From Kofleriaceae bacterium (GTDB lineage Bacteria; Myxococcota_A; Polyangia; Haliangiales; Haliangiaceae): DNA of 64,000 nucleotides. The position numbers and the translations under genes are program-made. The stretch lies in assembly GCA_965215005.1 (NCBI GenBank), contig CBDCCZ010000003.1, positions 64,001 to 128,000 of the forward strand, written 5' to 3'. How positions within the stretch are numbered: position 1 is the stretch's first letter; each line of letters starts with the position of its first letter. The notes under the pieces were generated by a model. The model did not search any database. It was not told the DNA's origin and was given only the letters and a program-made list of their open reading frames with translations. Positions 50,387 through 59,289 of this stretch are shown here, in pieces.

Positions 50387-50755
50387 CAGCGTTTCCTCAA
50401 GCGCCTACTACTCCATTGCGACTCGAGTGAAGACGCTGCTGCTGTGCCTCTCGTGATGACGTGATCGCGCCAACGTGCACGAGCGCTCGTCCACGGGCCG
50501 CTCCTTGCGCACGCAATGATCCACGTCACCCGCGTGCGATCTTGCCATGAAGCCAGAACTTCGGCTCCATCCAGCTCGCGAGCACGGCGGTCATCATGAA
50601 CGGCCCCAGAGACAGCAGCTGTCAGCGTCGCTAAGGCCACTGAAGGACGATTTGCGCCGCCGAACGTGCACTGCTGTGGCGCGACAGCGTCGTGCGCAGA
50701 CGCGAGCAGTTGATGCGAATCACACACGCCGTTCAAACGGCAGGAGTCGAACACA

Positions 50756-52807
50756 ATGAAGCAGTTCAACGTCGAAACGTGGCTGGCGCTCAGTGCCGCA
50801 GCCGGAATGATGGCCGGCTGCAGCGCCGAGCCTTCTCCAGAAGGCACATTCGCGCAAGCGGAGCGCGAAAACCTCCTTGGCACCTCGTCGAGAATCGTGC
50901 TGGGTCTGGTGTGGAACGATGTCGACGCCGACGGAGAGCTCGATTTCTTCAAGGAGCTACCGACTCCTGGCGTGACGGTTTATGTCGATTTGGACGACGA
51001 TGGGCAGCTTGACGCCGGCGAGCCATCGACCGTCACCGGAGCGCTCGGACTCTACGAGTTCAAGGGGCTGGAGCCCGGCAGCTATGCGGTAAGGCAAGTC
51101 GTGCCGTTCGGCCAACGCAGCGTTAGCGGCGGCGAACCAGCCGTCGCGCCAGCAAACGTGGCAGTGCAACGTGTCGCGGAGCCGGCGCTAAGCCACTTGG
51201 CGGCGCCCGACGTCGCCGACATCATCGGCGGCGATGAGACCGAGCCCCGCGAGTATCCCTTCATGGTCGCCCTCGGCAGCGAGCGCGACGGCCAGTTCTT
51301 GCAGTTTTGTGGCGGCGTGCTGATCACTGACCGTTGGGTTTTGACGGCTGCGCATTGCACAGAAGGCATCCCGCCGGAACGTGTCCAGGTGCTGGTCGGC
51401 AGCAACAATGTCGACGACGGAAGCGGTGAGCGGGTGCCGGTGCGAGCCACGTACATCCATCCCGACTACGTGGTCACGCCCGACCCATTCCCTGAAGATC
51501 CGCCACCGTTTGGTACCTCAGCGGGCTCGGATATGGCGCTATGGGAGCTCGATCGACCCGTGAAGCTCGCGCTGGGCGAGCTCGAGACGGTTGCTATGGT
51601 CGCAGAAGAGTCGGCCGCGTTGGCCGCCGAGGACGTCCTTGCCACCGCGGTTGGCTGGGGCAACAGCGATCGCGACAGCACGCTGCTGCAGGATGTCCAC
51701 GTGCCCATCTTCGATACCGAGCTGTGCAACGAGCTCATCCTTGGTGAGCTCGAGGGAGTTTCGCCGCAGACGCAGATCTGCGCGGGCATTCCCGAAGGCT
51801 CCATCGACACGTGTCAGGGCGACAGTGGCGGTCCGCTGTTGGTGCGAGATTATCTCGCGCGCTGGCAAGTGGCGGGTATCACCAGCTATGGCATTGGCTG
51901 CGCCGAACCCGGTTATCCAGGGATTTATGCGCGGGTTTCGGCCTTGTCGCAATGGGCCAAAGCCACCGCACGAGAGCCGTCACGGGTGCAGCGAGTCGTG
52001 GTCGGCAGCGGCGTGAGCATCGTCTATGCAGGCTTCGGCAATCAATCTACGCAGCTCGAAGCCATCGAGCTGATCGAGCCGCGTTGGCAGCTACTTGCCT
52101 TCGCGGGCGAGTCAACCGCCACTGGATACACGTACACCTGGCGCATCCTCGATGAGTGGGTTGCCCCACGGCAGTTTCATTGTGCCATCGATATCGATGG
52201 TCCGGGCCCGCGACCGGCCCAAGAGCTTAGTTGCCACGGCGGCGAAAATCGCCTCGAGGTACCGCTCGAAGACGGCTTGTATCTAACGACGCTCACGGCG
52301 TTTCTCGGCGATACCGACTTCGTTAGGTACACTGGTGCGGTGCGAGGAATGCCGCCCGAGGTCACCACGGCAGGCGAGCTCACCGCAGAGGATGGCACCG
52401 ACCCGGACTTTTCCGATGCGCCCTACTTCATTGACTACTTTGATGTGAGTGGTCTCGGTGGCGACAAGGCAGTCATGGTTCGCGTCGAGTCCGCAGACTT
52501 TGCAGTGTTCGCCGGCCTCTATGATCGAGCCACCCGTGAGACCCAAGGAAACGGCGGCGTTATTGACTTTTTCTCCGGCAACGCTCCTGGGGAAGCCGCC
52601 GAATATACGTTCTTCCCAGAGCCAGGCGTTGACTATTTGCTCGGCATATCGACCTTCGATCCGGAAGCCACGGGCAGCTACACCGTCACCATCATCAACG
52701 ATGGAGAGCCCGTAGCCACCACGCTGCAAACGATGGCGGCGCCGGCGCGGCAGAGCTTTGGGCGCAAGCGGCCCGCGCAGCACTCCTTGCTGATGCCGCC
52801 GCGCTAA
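50756..52807 (+). CDS. Trypsin-like (S1) serine protease lipoprotein with SdrD-B-like and C-terminal PPC-like domains
   Basis: IIGG, CGG, LTAAHC, DMAL, DTCQGDSGGP, PGIYARVS; GLVWND.DADG...VYVDLDDDGQLDAGEP; lipobox MAGC; AGGAG RBS. Confidence 0.92.
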   Translation: MKQFNVETWLALSAAAGMMAGCSAEPSPEGTFAQAERENLLGTSSRIVLGLVWNDVDADGELDFFKELPTPGVTVYVDLDDDGQLDAGEPSTVTGALGLYEFKGLEPGSYAVRQVVPFGQRSVSGGEPAVAPANVAVQRVAEPALSHLAAPDVADIIGGDETEPREYPFMVALGSERDGQFLQFCGGVLITDRWVLTAAHCTEGIPPERVQVLVGSNNVDDGSGERVPVRATYIHPDYVVTPDPFPEDPPPFGTSAGSDMALWELDRPVKLALGELETVAMVAEESAALAAEDVLATAVGWGNSDRDSTLLQDVHVPIFDTELCNELILGELEGVSPQTQICAGIPEGSIDTCQGDSGGPLLVRDYLARWQVAGITSYGIGCAEPGYPGIYARVSALSQWAKATAREPSRVQRVVVGSGVSIVYAGFGNQSTQLEAIELIEPRWQLLAFAGESTATGYTYTWRILDEWVAPRQFHCAIDIDGPGPRPAQELSCHGGENRLEVPLEDGLYLTTLTAFLGDTDFVRYTGAVRGMPPEVTTAGELTAEDGTDPDFSDAPYFIDYFDVSGLGGDKAVMVRVESADFAVFAGLYDRATRETQGNGGVIDFFSGNAPGEAAEYTFFPEPGVDYLLGISTFDPEATGSYTVTIINDGEPVATTLQTMAAPARQSFGRKRPAQHSLLMPPR

Positions 52808-52884
52808 CGTTCCTCTCCTCTCGAGCCTGCTTTCGATTCCTGCCCGACCACCCCGAGGTAAATCGCTTCGGGGTGGTGCCCCAC

Positions 52885-53004
52885 TCCAGTCTCCTGCAAG
52901 TGGCAGGCGTCACCAGTGGCCCCGAGCCGCGCGAGTTTCAATGCGCACTAGATGCGGATGGGCCGGGGCCAAGTGTTGAATCGGATGACTTGGACTTGTA
53001 CGCG
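52885..53004 (+). pseudogene. Collapsed remnant of a paralogue of the upstream protease
   Basis: In-frame SSLLQ / QVAGVTS / PREFQCALDADGPGP / VESDDLDLYA match, in order, STLLQ / QVAGITS / PRQFHCAIDIDGPGP / VESADFAVFA of 50756-52807. Confidence 0.65.
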
Positions 53005-53019
53005 TCATCACCGCAACCG

Positions 53020-53733
53020 TCAATCCGCTGGTGGTTCGTTCGCTGCAGGTTTCTTGCGGCGCACGCGCTTGATCACCACAGGAGCCACGGCTAGAAGCGC
53101 CAGTGCTGCCAACGGCACCAACACCCCGGGCGTAAACAGCACCTCTGATGGCACTGTTTCCGCTTCGGCCAACGAGGCAAGACGGCTGCCGACACCGCCA
53201 ACGATGAAGGCGATAGGTAGAATGCCCAATAGGGTCGCGAGAAATACTGCGCGCAGCGGTATCGGAAACAGCACCGGCACCAGATTTACGAGCCACGCCG
53301 GCAAAATCGGCACCAGGCGCGCCGCGAACAGCCAGTGCCCGCCATCTTCCCGAATGACTTGCTCCAGGTGCGAGAGCCGTGGTCCAAAGCGCGCCGCAAT
53401 AGTCTGATGCACGAGCAAGCGCCCCAGCCACGCCACGAGCAGCGCCGAGAGCGCCGCTCCCAGCGCCGAAAGCACCGGCCCCACGATGGGCCCAAACAGC
53501 AGCCCGCCTGCGAGCATCAAGACCAGCCCTCCCGGCAATGGGGTGATCTTACCGAGGGTGGCGGCGACAACGAACAGTGCGCCGCCTAGCATCGGATGAT
53601 GCTGCACCCAAAGGCTCGCGTCATTGCTGAGCCCGAGAATGACCCCGCTTGCAGCAGCGCCATGCCGCACCACGAGCCATATGCAGCTGATCCCAACGAG
53701 GGCACAGAGGAGGAGCGTTAGACGTCGTTGCAT
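53020..53733 (-). CDS. TVP38/TMEM64 (DedA/VTT, SNARE-associated) membrane protein
   Basis: PLPGG....AGGLLFGP..G, ARLVPILP..LVNL, FLATLLGILP. Confidence 0.88.
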   Translation of the reverse strand: MQRRLTLLLCALVGISCIWLVVRHGAAASGVILGLSNDASLWVQHHPMLGGALFVVAATLGKITPLPGGLVLMLAGGLLFGPIVGPVLSALGAALSALLVAWLGRLLVHQTIAARFGPRLSHLEQVIREDGGHWLFAARLVPILPAWLVNLVPVLFPIPLRAVFLATLLGILPIAFIVGGVGSRLASLAEAETVPSEVLFTPGVLVPLAALALLAVAPVVIKRVRRKKPAANEPPAD

Positions 53734-53877
53734 GCGCGGTGGGCGCGCCGCTGGCTGCAACACGCGCGATCAGTGTGCAGCGCCAGGCCGCCAAACGCCA
53801 ATCGTGACCATCACGCCGCGTCGGCTACGACACCACCCAGTGAGCGCTCAAACGCCTCACCCACGCCCCCACAGCGG

Positions 53878-53930
53878 CTAGTGGTTCACGGCGGAAGTCG
53901 TGAACCGCTAGAAAAACAACAATCACCTAG
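53878..53930 (+). repeat. CTAG-palindrome REP-like element, copy 3
   Basis: CTAGTGGTTCACGGCGGAAGTCGTGAACCGCTAGAAAAACAACAATCACCTAG; the terminal CTAG contains the stop of 53927-54838. Confidence 0.85.
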
Positions 53931-54838
53931 AACTCCACGGAGATCCGCAAGCTCGCAGAAACCACCGCAAGCACCGCCGCCGCGCCAAAGCCCATGTTGG
54001 CGAGCCGCGCGTTGTCGCGACCACTTTGCTCGAGCGCCATTGCCTCGCCGAAGCTGTGATCGCCACTGGTCGCGATGATGCCGCTCAGCTCATTCCAGTC
54101 ATTGTTAGCGCGATAGGCGAAGTATCCGGCAGCCGCCGCGGTGCCCACCGCGGCCATTCCCCACGTATACCAGCGCGCATACATCGGTCGCGCGGTCGCC
54201 GGCGCGTCCGAGCGCATTACCGTGGAGGCTCCCATCGTCTCCGACGCCGCAGGAGTTGTCGCGGCAATAGCGGCGGGTGCCGGCACGACAGCTTGCTTGT
54301 CCTGCCACGGGCGAGCCAGCAGCTGATTCCCATATCGATCGATAGCTGCAACGACGAGCGGCTTGCGCTCGACGATGACGGCGCGCTCGAACATGTGCAG
54401 CGGGTCAGAAACGACCTCAACGGTCGCCGTGCCCGCTTTGACGTCGACGCTGCGAAACCGAAGATCGAGACGGCCGGCGCTCGTAACCCACTCGCGCGCG
54501 CGCTCGAACGGCCGCGTAATCTTTGGTGCCAATCCCGCCTCCAAAGCGGCGTCTGGGGCGAGCGTGAGTAGTCGTTTGAAGTATTCTGTCGCCTGCTCTT
54601 CACGTCCGAAGGCCGCGGCCACGCGCCCTGAGAGCAAATACACCGCCGCCAAATCGTCGGCATCGAGCCCGCCGCCAAACAACGCTTCGTCGAGCGCGAT
54701 CTCGGCGCTGGCGTAGTCGAGATCGGCAATCGCCGTTCGCGCACGCTCGACGGTTTCGGCTTCCGCCGCGGCATCGCCGGCTGATAATGCCAATGATGCA
54801 ATTACCCGAAAGGAGATAGCGTAACGATTCCCAGCCAT
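53927..54838 (-). CDS. Exported TPR protein with C-terminal membrane segments
   Basis: Signal peptide; A..YF.RLL.L.P, L.PKI..PF..AR; P.YARWYTW followed by hydrophobic helices. Confidence 0.7.
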   Translation of the reverse strand: MAGNRYAISFRVIASLALSAGDAAAEAETVERARTAIADLDYASAEIALDEALFGGGLDADDLAAVYLLSGRVAAAFGREEQATEYFKRLLTLAPDAALEAGLAPKITRPFERAREWVTSAGRLDLRFRSVDVKAGTATVEVVSDPLHMFERAVIVERKPLVVAAIDRYGNQLLARPWQDKQAVVPAPAAIAATTPAASETMGASTVMRSDAPATARPMYARWYTWGMAAVGTAAAAGYFAYRANNDWNELSGIIATSGDHSFGEAMALEQSGRDNARLANMGFGAAAVLAVVSASLRISVEF

Positions 54839-54844
54839 GACGTG

Positions 54845-55978
54845 CTACTCGCTGTAGACGACTCTTCTTCGTTCAACCTGACCATCGCCGATCCGCACCG
54901 TGAAGGAACGAGCTCGGCCATCGGCAGTCACTGTGCGAACGCGGCGCGCACCTGCGGGTAGCTCGACGCGAACCAGCGGTGTTTCGCCGACCTTGCGGCC
55001 ATCGACGTAGACGATCGCATAGGGACTCGAATCGACGGTCAAATATCCGCCGCGCTCGCGCGGCAACGTCTCATTCGCGACCGCAGCAGGTTGCCGCGAG
55101 CGCCTTGCCACCGCGTCGTCGCGGCGCTCGCTGGAGCTGTCTGCCCCGGCGCCGCTGTCGGTGCGCTCTCGCCTATCGCCTGCGGCAGGTGCGTCGCGAG
55201 CTGCTCCCTTCGCGAAAGCTGGAGCGGCGGCCGGCTCGGGTTCGACGTCGGCAACGGCCTCGGCGCGGTGAGCTCTCCGGCTCTGCGCCTTCTCCGCCTC
55301 TGGCAGAGCTGCGGAAGCCGCGCGATCCGCGCCCTCAGCGACGAGCAGCAGTTCCTCATCACCGCCATCATCGGTCTCTGCAGACGCACGTGCGTCGTCC
55401 GCGGCGCTCTCGCGTGCCGCGCGCGCATCACTGCCGCGTTGCGGTTTCGCTTCGGGGGCGCGATCGGCCAGCCCTTCCGCTGCCATCCCTAGATTCGTCG
55501 GCACCGCTTCTACCCGCTGCGGCGGCGCCGACACAGCTGTCGCGCGCGCGGCCGGCTCCTCTCGCTCCGCAGTCGCCCCGAGATCTGGCGGCGGCTGAAA
55601 TGCCCGACTGCCCACGTAGGCGCTCAGCGCACAGACAAGGAGCGAGAGCACGATGATCATGGCGCCGCCACGCACTCGCTTCGGGACCACCTCGACGACG
55701 TCGATGGTCGCGGCCGGCGGCCGCCGATGCACCGCGCTTGCAGACGCCGTGGCCACGAAGTCGACAGCCTGCGCCCGCGCTCGCAGCCGGGCGGTCGCAG
55801 CCGCAACGTGTTCTTCACTCATCGTCGACGGCGCCCCGAACTCCCCGCGCCGGTGGGTACCAACGCGCCGCTCCGGCGGCGGCGTCTGCGTCGGTGCTTG
55901 CAGCGGCAGCCGGTCGACGATGGTGCGCCGGCGAGCGCGCCGATCGACCAATCCCGGGGGTGGTGAGAGCGTCGACAT
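54845..55978 (-). CDS. Bitopic protein with low-complexity linker and C-terminal PEGA domain
   Basis: Single TM (MIIVLSLLVCALSAYV); GYLTVDSSPYAIVYVDG..VGETPL...LPAG; start uncertain. Confidence 0.72.
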   Translation of the reverse strand: MSTLSPPPGLVDRRARRRTIVDRLPLQAPTQTPPPERRVGTHRRGEFGAPSTMSEEHVAAATARLRARAQAVDFVATASASAVHRRPPAATIDVVEVVPKRVRGGAMIIVLSLLVCALSAYVGSRAFQPPPDLGATAEREEPAARATAVSAPPQRVEAVPTNLGMAAEGLADRAPEAKPQRGSDARAARESAADDARASAETDDGGDEELLLVAEGADRAASAALPEAEKAQSRRAHRAEAVADVEPEPAAAPAFAKGAARDAPAAGDRRERTDSGAGADSSSERRDDAVARRSRQPAAVANETLPRERGGYLTVDSSPYAIVYVDGRKVGETPLVRVELPAGARRVRTVTADGRARSFTVRIGDGQVERRRVVYSE

Positions 55979-56207
55979 CGTACGGCCGGGGTGGTTGCGA
56001 AGTGGATGCCAACGGCAACTGCGCGAAACGACGAGCGCCTGCGCAACGTATTGGCCGCCGCACACCCCGATCCAGTGCCGGAGCCCCCAGGTAGGCGTGG
56101 TGAGAGGCGCTACGCGATTCGCAACCGACGCGCCGCGGCAGCTGGTCTGCACGCTCACCTCGCCCCACTGCATCCCCTCAGCGCTGCGCGCGCGTTACGC
56201 TGCGTTC

Positions 56208-56825
56208 ATGAAGCTGTACACGGCCTCGTTCGCACCCAACCCGCGTCGCGTCCACATCTATCTCGAAGAGAAGGGCATCGAGCTGGAACGTGTGTACCTC
56301 GATATGCGCGGCGGCGAGCACCGCGCTGCCTCGTTCCTCGAGAAGAACCCGCTCGGGCTGTTGCCGGTACTCGAGCTCGACGATGGTCGACTGCTCTCCG
56401 AGTCGCTGGCGATCTGCGAATACCTCGAAGAGCTACACCCAGAGCCCGCCCTCTTAGGAGGCGATGCGTGGCAACGGGCGCGCACCCGCGAAGCCACCCG
56501 CCGCGCAGAGCTCGGACTACTCTTTGGCGCCGCGCTTGCCTTTCAACACTCCAATCCGTTCTTCGCCGGCCGCTTTCCGCAGCATGTCGAGGTCGCCGAG
56601 GTCGGGCGGCGGCGATTTCTCGAGCATTTGGAAGTACTCGACACGGTGTTGGCGGCACGCCGTTGGCTCGCGGGCGAAGACTTCACCATTGCTGACATCA
56701 CGGCGCTTTGCGCCATCGATTTTGGCACCGTCTGCGGCTGCAGTGTGCCTTCGTCACTGGCGCAGGTGACCTCGTGGCTCGAGCGCGTCCGACAACGTCC
56801 GAGCTGCCAACTGCGTCGCAAGTAG
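56208..56825 (+). CDS. Glutathione S-transferase
   Basis: MKLY...APNPRRV, NPLG.LPVLELDDG, SESLAICEYLE, FTIADI. Confidence 0.92.
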   Translation: MKLYTASFAPNPRRVHIYLEEKGIELERVYLDMRGGEHRAASFLEKNPLGLLPVLELDDGRLLSESLAICEYLEELHPEPALLGGDAWQRARTREATRRAELGLLFGAALAFQHSNPFFAGRFPQHVEVAEVGRRRFLEHLEVLDTVLAARRWLAGEDFTIADITALCAIDFGTVCGCSVPSSLAQVTSWLERVRQRPSCQLRRK

Positions 56826-56842
56826 TGGCCCGCGCGATGGTT

Positions 56843-58465
56843 TCATAGCCCGCGTGGATACCACTCCACACCCACGGTAAATCGATACTGATGATAGTAG
56901 AAAGGAATCCCCGTGATCTGCGGGATGGGCACCGCAATGTCTCCCGGCGCAACGATGAGCTTGGTGCTGCCGCCGAGCGGAATCGCCAGGCCCAACGGAT
57001 TCCACCCGACGAAGGGCCCAATGCTGCCTTTGCCGGCCCCAACCAAGTCAAAGAGCAGCATGGATGCTCCAAAGCGAGCCGTGGTCCGCAACTCCCATGA
57101 ACCAAACCGCTTGAGTGTCCAATGGACAGGAACAGCCAGCGTCGCCACCCCAGCGGCGATTTCTTGATTGCTAAGCGAGATCCACGGATTGTATTCGAGA
57201 TCCAAGCCGAGGCCGACGTCTCGCCAGGGATTGAAGCGTACCCCACCCGCAATGGCGCCGGCGCCGCGGTCGAGCGCTCCACCGATGGTGCCGGCGACGC
57301 CCCAGCTAGCCTTGACCGTGTCGTCGAGCGACTCGATGACCCGCTCTTGCTGCTCGACTTGCTGCTCCGATTCGTCAACGCTGGTGGCGTCGGCGGCTTC
57401 GGGCTGCGCGCGCGCATCTCCCGAAGCCGAGGCGACCGCCATCACCACCATCACCGCGCCGAGCCAGCGGCCACGGCGTCCGAGCGCGAGCAAGGCGAGC
57501 ACCAGCAGCGCCGTACCCGCCAATGAGCCCGGCGCGGCCGCGCAGCCGCCAAGCGTTGGCTCTACCGAGTCGCACCAGCGATTATCGACACCGCAGCCTG
57601 CCTCGATATTGAACTCCGCGTCGAGCACCGCGGCGGCGCGCGTCAACCGCCCGGCGCGACCTCCTTGCGGATCGGCCACGGCGGCGAGTAGCGCCGTCGA
57701 TGCCTCACGAGCCCACGCCTCGCGCCGCTCGATAGCCGGCATAGAGGAGCTGCAGTCATCGAGAACGTCCAGGTGCTCGTGACCGTCTCGAGCCACGATG
57801 TGCTCGCGCGAGAGATTGCCTTCGATCCAATTGAGCACCCCGCGGATCCGCGAATCATCAGGGTTGCGAAACGAGTGGGTGAAGCTGTCTTGGAGTGCGT
57901 GCAACGCTCGACCCGCGTGGTAGGCAAAGCGCTGCAGCTCGAGCTCCGTCGAGTCGCGAAACACCAGATACACTTCGACTTCTTCGGTGGTCGTGAGATC
58001 GGCCGCATCCCCAGATCCCAGCGCCAACGCGAGCTCTTCCAAGATGAACTCGCGGCAACTAACGAGTGCTTCGGCGTCGCCATCGGGACCATCGTCGGCA
58101 AGCTGTCGCAGACAGTGTCGCGGCTGCTTGGAGTTGGAATTGTGAACCGAGACCAGAGCGGCGAGATCCGTCGGATCATTGTCCTCGATGTCGTTGTAGC
58201 GAACGCCGATCACGAGCGCCGCCGTCCACGGATCACGCCCCCACGCAGGCAAGTCAAATGGCAGGTCGGCAATGAACCGCCGCTCGGTCTCCGTTGGCTC
58301 CGGCGGTTGCTCGCCAGCGGGCCAACCGGCGGCCTCGATCGCCGCCAGCGTGATTCGCTCGTGGCAGCCGGTGGTTACTGCTGTCTCGATCTGAAACGCT
58401 TCGGCGAAGCGAGCACTACCGATGAGGACCGCGAGAGCGACGCTGGCGATGGTTATGTAGCGCAC
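56843..58465 (-). CDS. Secreted protein: Zn-dependent PLC/HET-C-like domain, internal MYXO-CTERM-like segment, beta-barrel-like C-domain
   Basis: Signal ending AEA; CHERIT, RHCLR, GRALHALQDSFTH; GGCAAAPG..hydrophobic..GRRGR; C-terminal QYRFTVGVEW. Confidence 0.65.
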   Translation of the reverse strand: MRYITIASVALAVLIGSARFAEAFQIETAVTTGCHERITLAAIEAAGWPAGEQPPEPTETERRFIADLPFDLPAWGRDPWTAALVIGVRYNDIEDNDPTDLAALVSVHNSNSKQPRHCLRQLADDGPDGDAEALVSCREFILEELALALGSGDAADLTTTEEVEVYLVFRDSTELELQRFAYHAGRALHALQDSFTHSFRNPDDSRIRGVLNWIEGNLSREHIVARDGHEHLDVLDDCSSSMPAIERREAWAREASTALLAAVADPQGGRAGRLTRAAAVLDAEFNIEAGCGVDNRWCDSVEPTLGGCAAAPGSLAGTALLVLALLALGRRGRWLGAVMVVMAVASASGDARAQPEAADATSVDESEQQVEQQERVIESLDDTVKASWGVAGTIGGALDRGAGAIAGGVRFNPWRDVGLGLDLEYNPWISLSNQEIAAGVATLAVPVHWTLKRFGSWELRTTARFGASMLLFDLVGAGKGSIGPFVGWNPLGLAIPLGGSTKLIVAPGDIAVPIPQITGIPFYYHQYRFTVGVEWYPRGL

Positions 58466-58508
58466 CGCTGCATCTTACGACGCCGCCGGCCCGGTTGTTC
58501 CGTTCCGG

Positions 58509-59066
58509 TTACGGTCTTCGTGCGAGCTCATAGGTGTAGGTCAAGATGAGCCCCTTCTCGGAGGCAGGGACCCGCACCGCACGTACCGCGTCACGCACAC
58601 ACTTGGCCGCCTCATCGGGCAATGCCGCGCCGACCACCTCGGCCTCCTGCACGACTCCAGCGGGATCGATGGTCACTTTCACATCGAGACTGCCACTACT
58701 CAAGTTGTTGCGACGGGCGCAGCTGCGGACCGCTCCCCGCACCGCGGCGAGCTCTTTGCGAACCGCTGCTTCGTCGGGTCGCTCGGCCTTGGATTCCGTG
58801 TCTGCCGCGGCTACCACGGGCCCCTTTTCCGTCGCCGCAACCGCGAGCTCGGCGCGCGCCTCGGAGGGCGACTCGCTCGGCCGATTCGTGGCGGCAACCT
58901 CAGAGGCCAACACATCGGCGCGAGCGAGTACCTCGGCGCGCTGCGTAGCCGACGATTCGACGGCAGCGGTGGCAGTCTGCCGCTCGTGCTCCGGCGGAGT
59001 TGATTCCTTCGCGCAGCTAGACAACAACGTGAGCAAGGCAGAAGCAAAAACGATCGGTGTAGGCAT
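58509..59066 (-). CDS. Lipoprotein with AgmX/PglI (TonB-C-like) C-terminal domain
   Basis: Lipobox LSSC; VRSC, G.LDVKVTIDP.G.V, KCV...V....P, TY.Y. Confidence 0.72.
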   Translation of the reverse strand: MPTPIVFASALLTLLSSCAKESTPPEHERQTATAAVESSATQRAEVLARADVLASEVAATNRPSESPSEARAELAVAATEKGPVVAAADTESKAERPDEAAVRKELAAVRGAVRSCARRNNLSSGSLDVKVTIDPAGVVQEAEVVGAALPDEAAKCVRDAVRAVRVPASEKGLILTYTYELARRP

Positions 59067-59289
59067 GGCTCTTTCAGGTATGCCCTCACCGCTGGCGAAC
59101 TTCAAACCACAATGGCTCTACAAAGAGCCTAATGGACCTCTTGTTCGTCCATGGCGAGCCGAGAAGCGAGTGACTCAGAGGCTTTGACAGCTCCGTGAGA
59201 CGCAGCACACGCTGTTTCACTTGACATCGTCGCGGCCGAAGTTCATTAGCTAGCGCTGGTAGACGACAGAAGTTCGTCTTTGAGCTCGC

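Noticed and set aside
50387..50755. Small gene or ncRNA between the TonB receptor and the protease
   Set aside because: No convincing start, motif or recognisable RNA structure.
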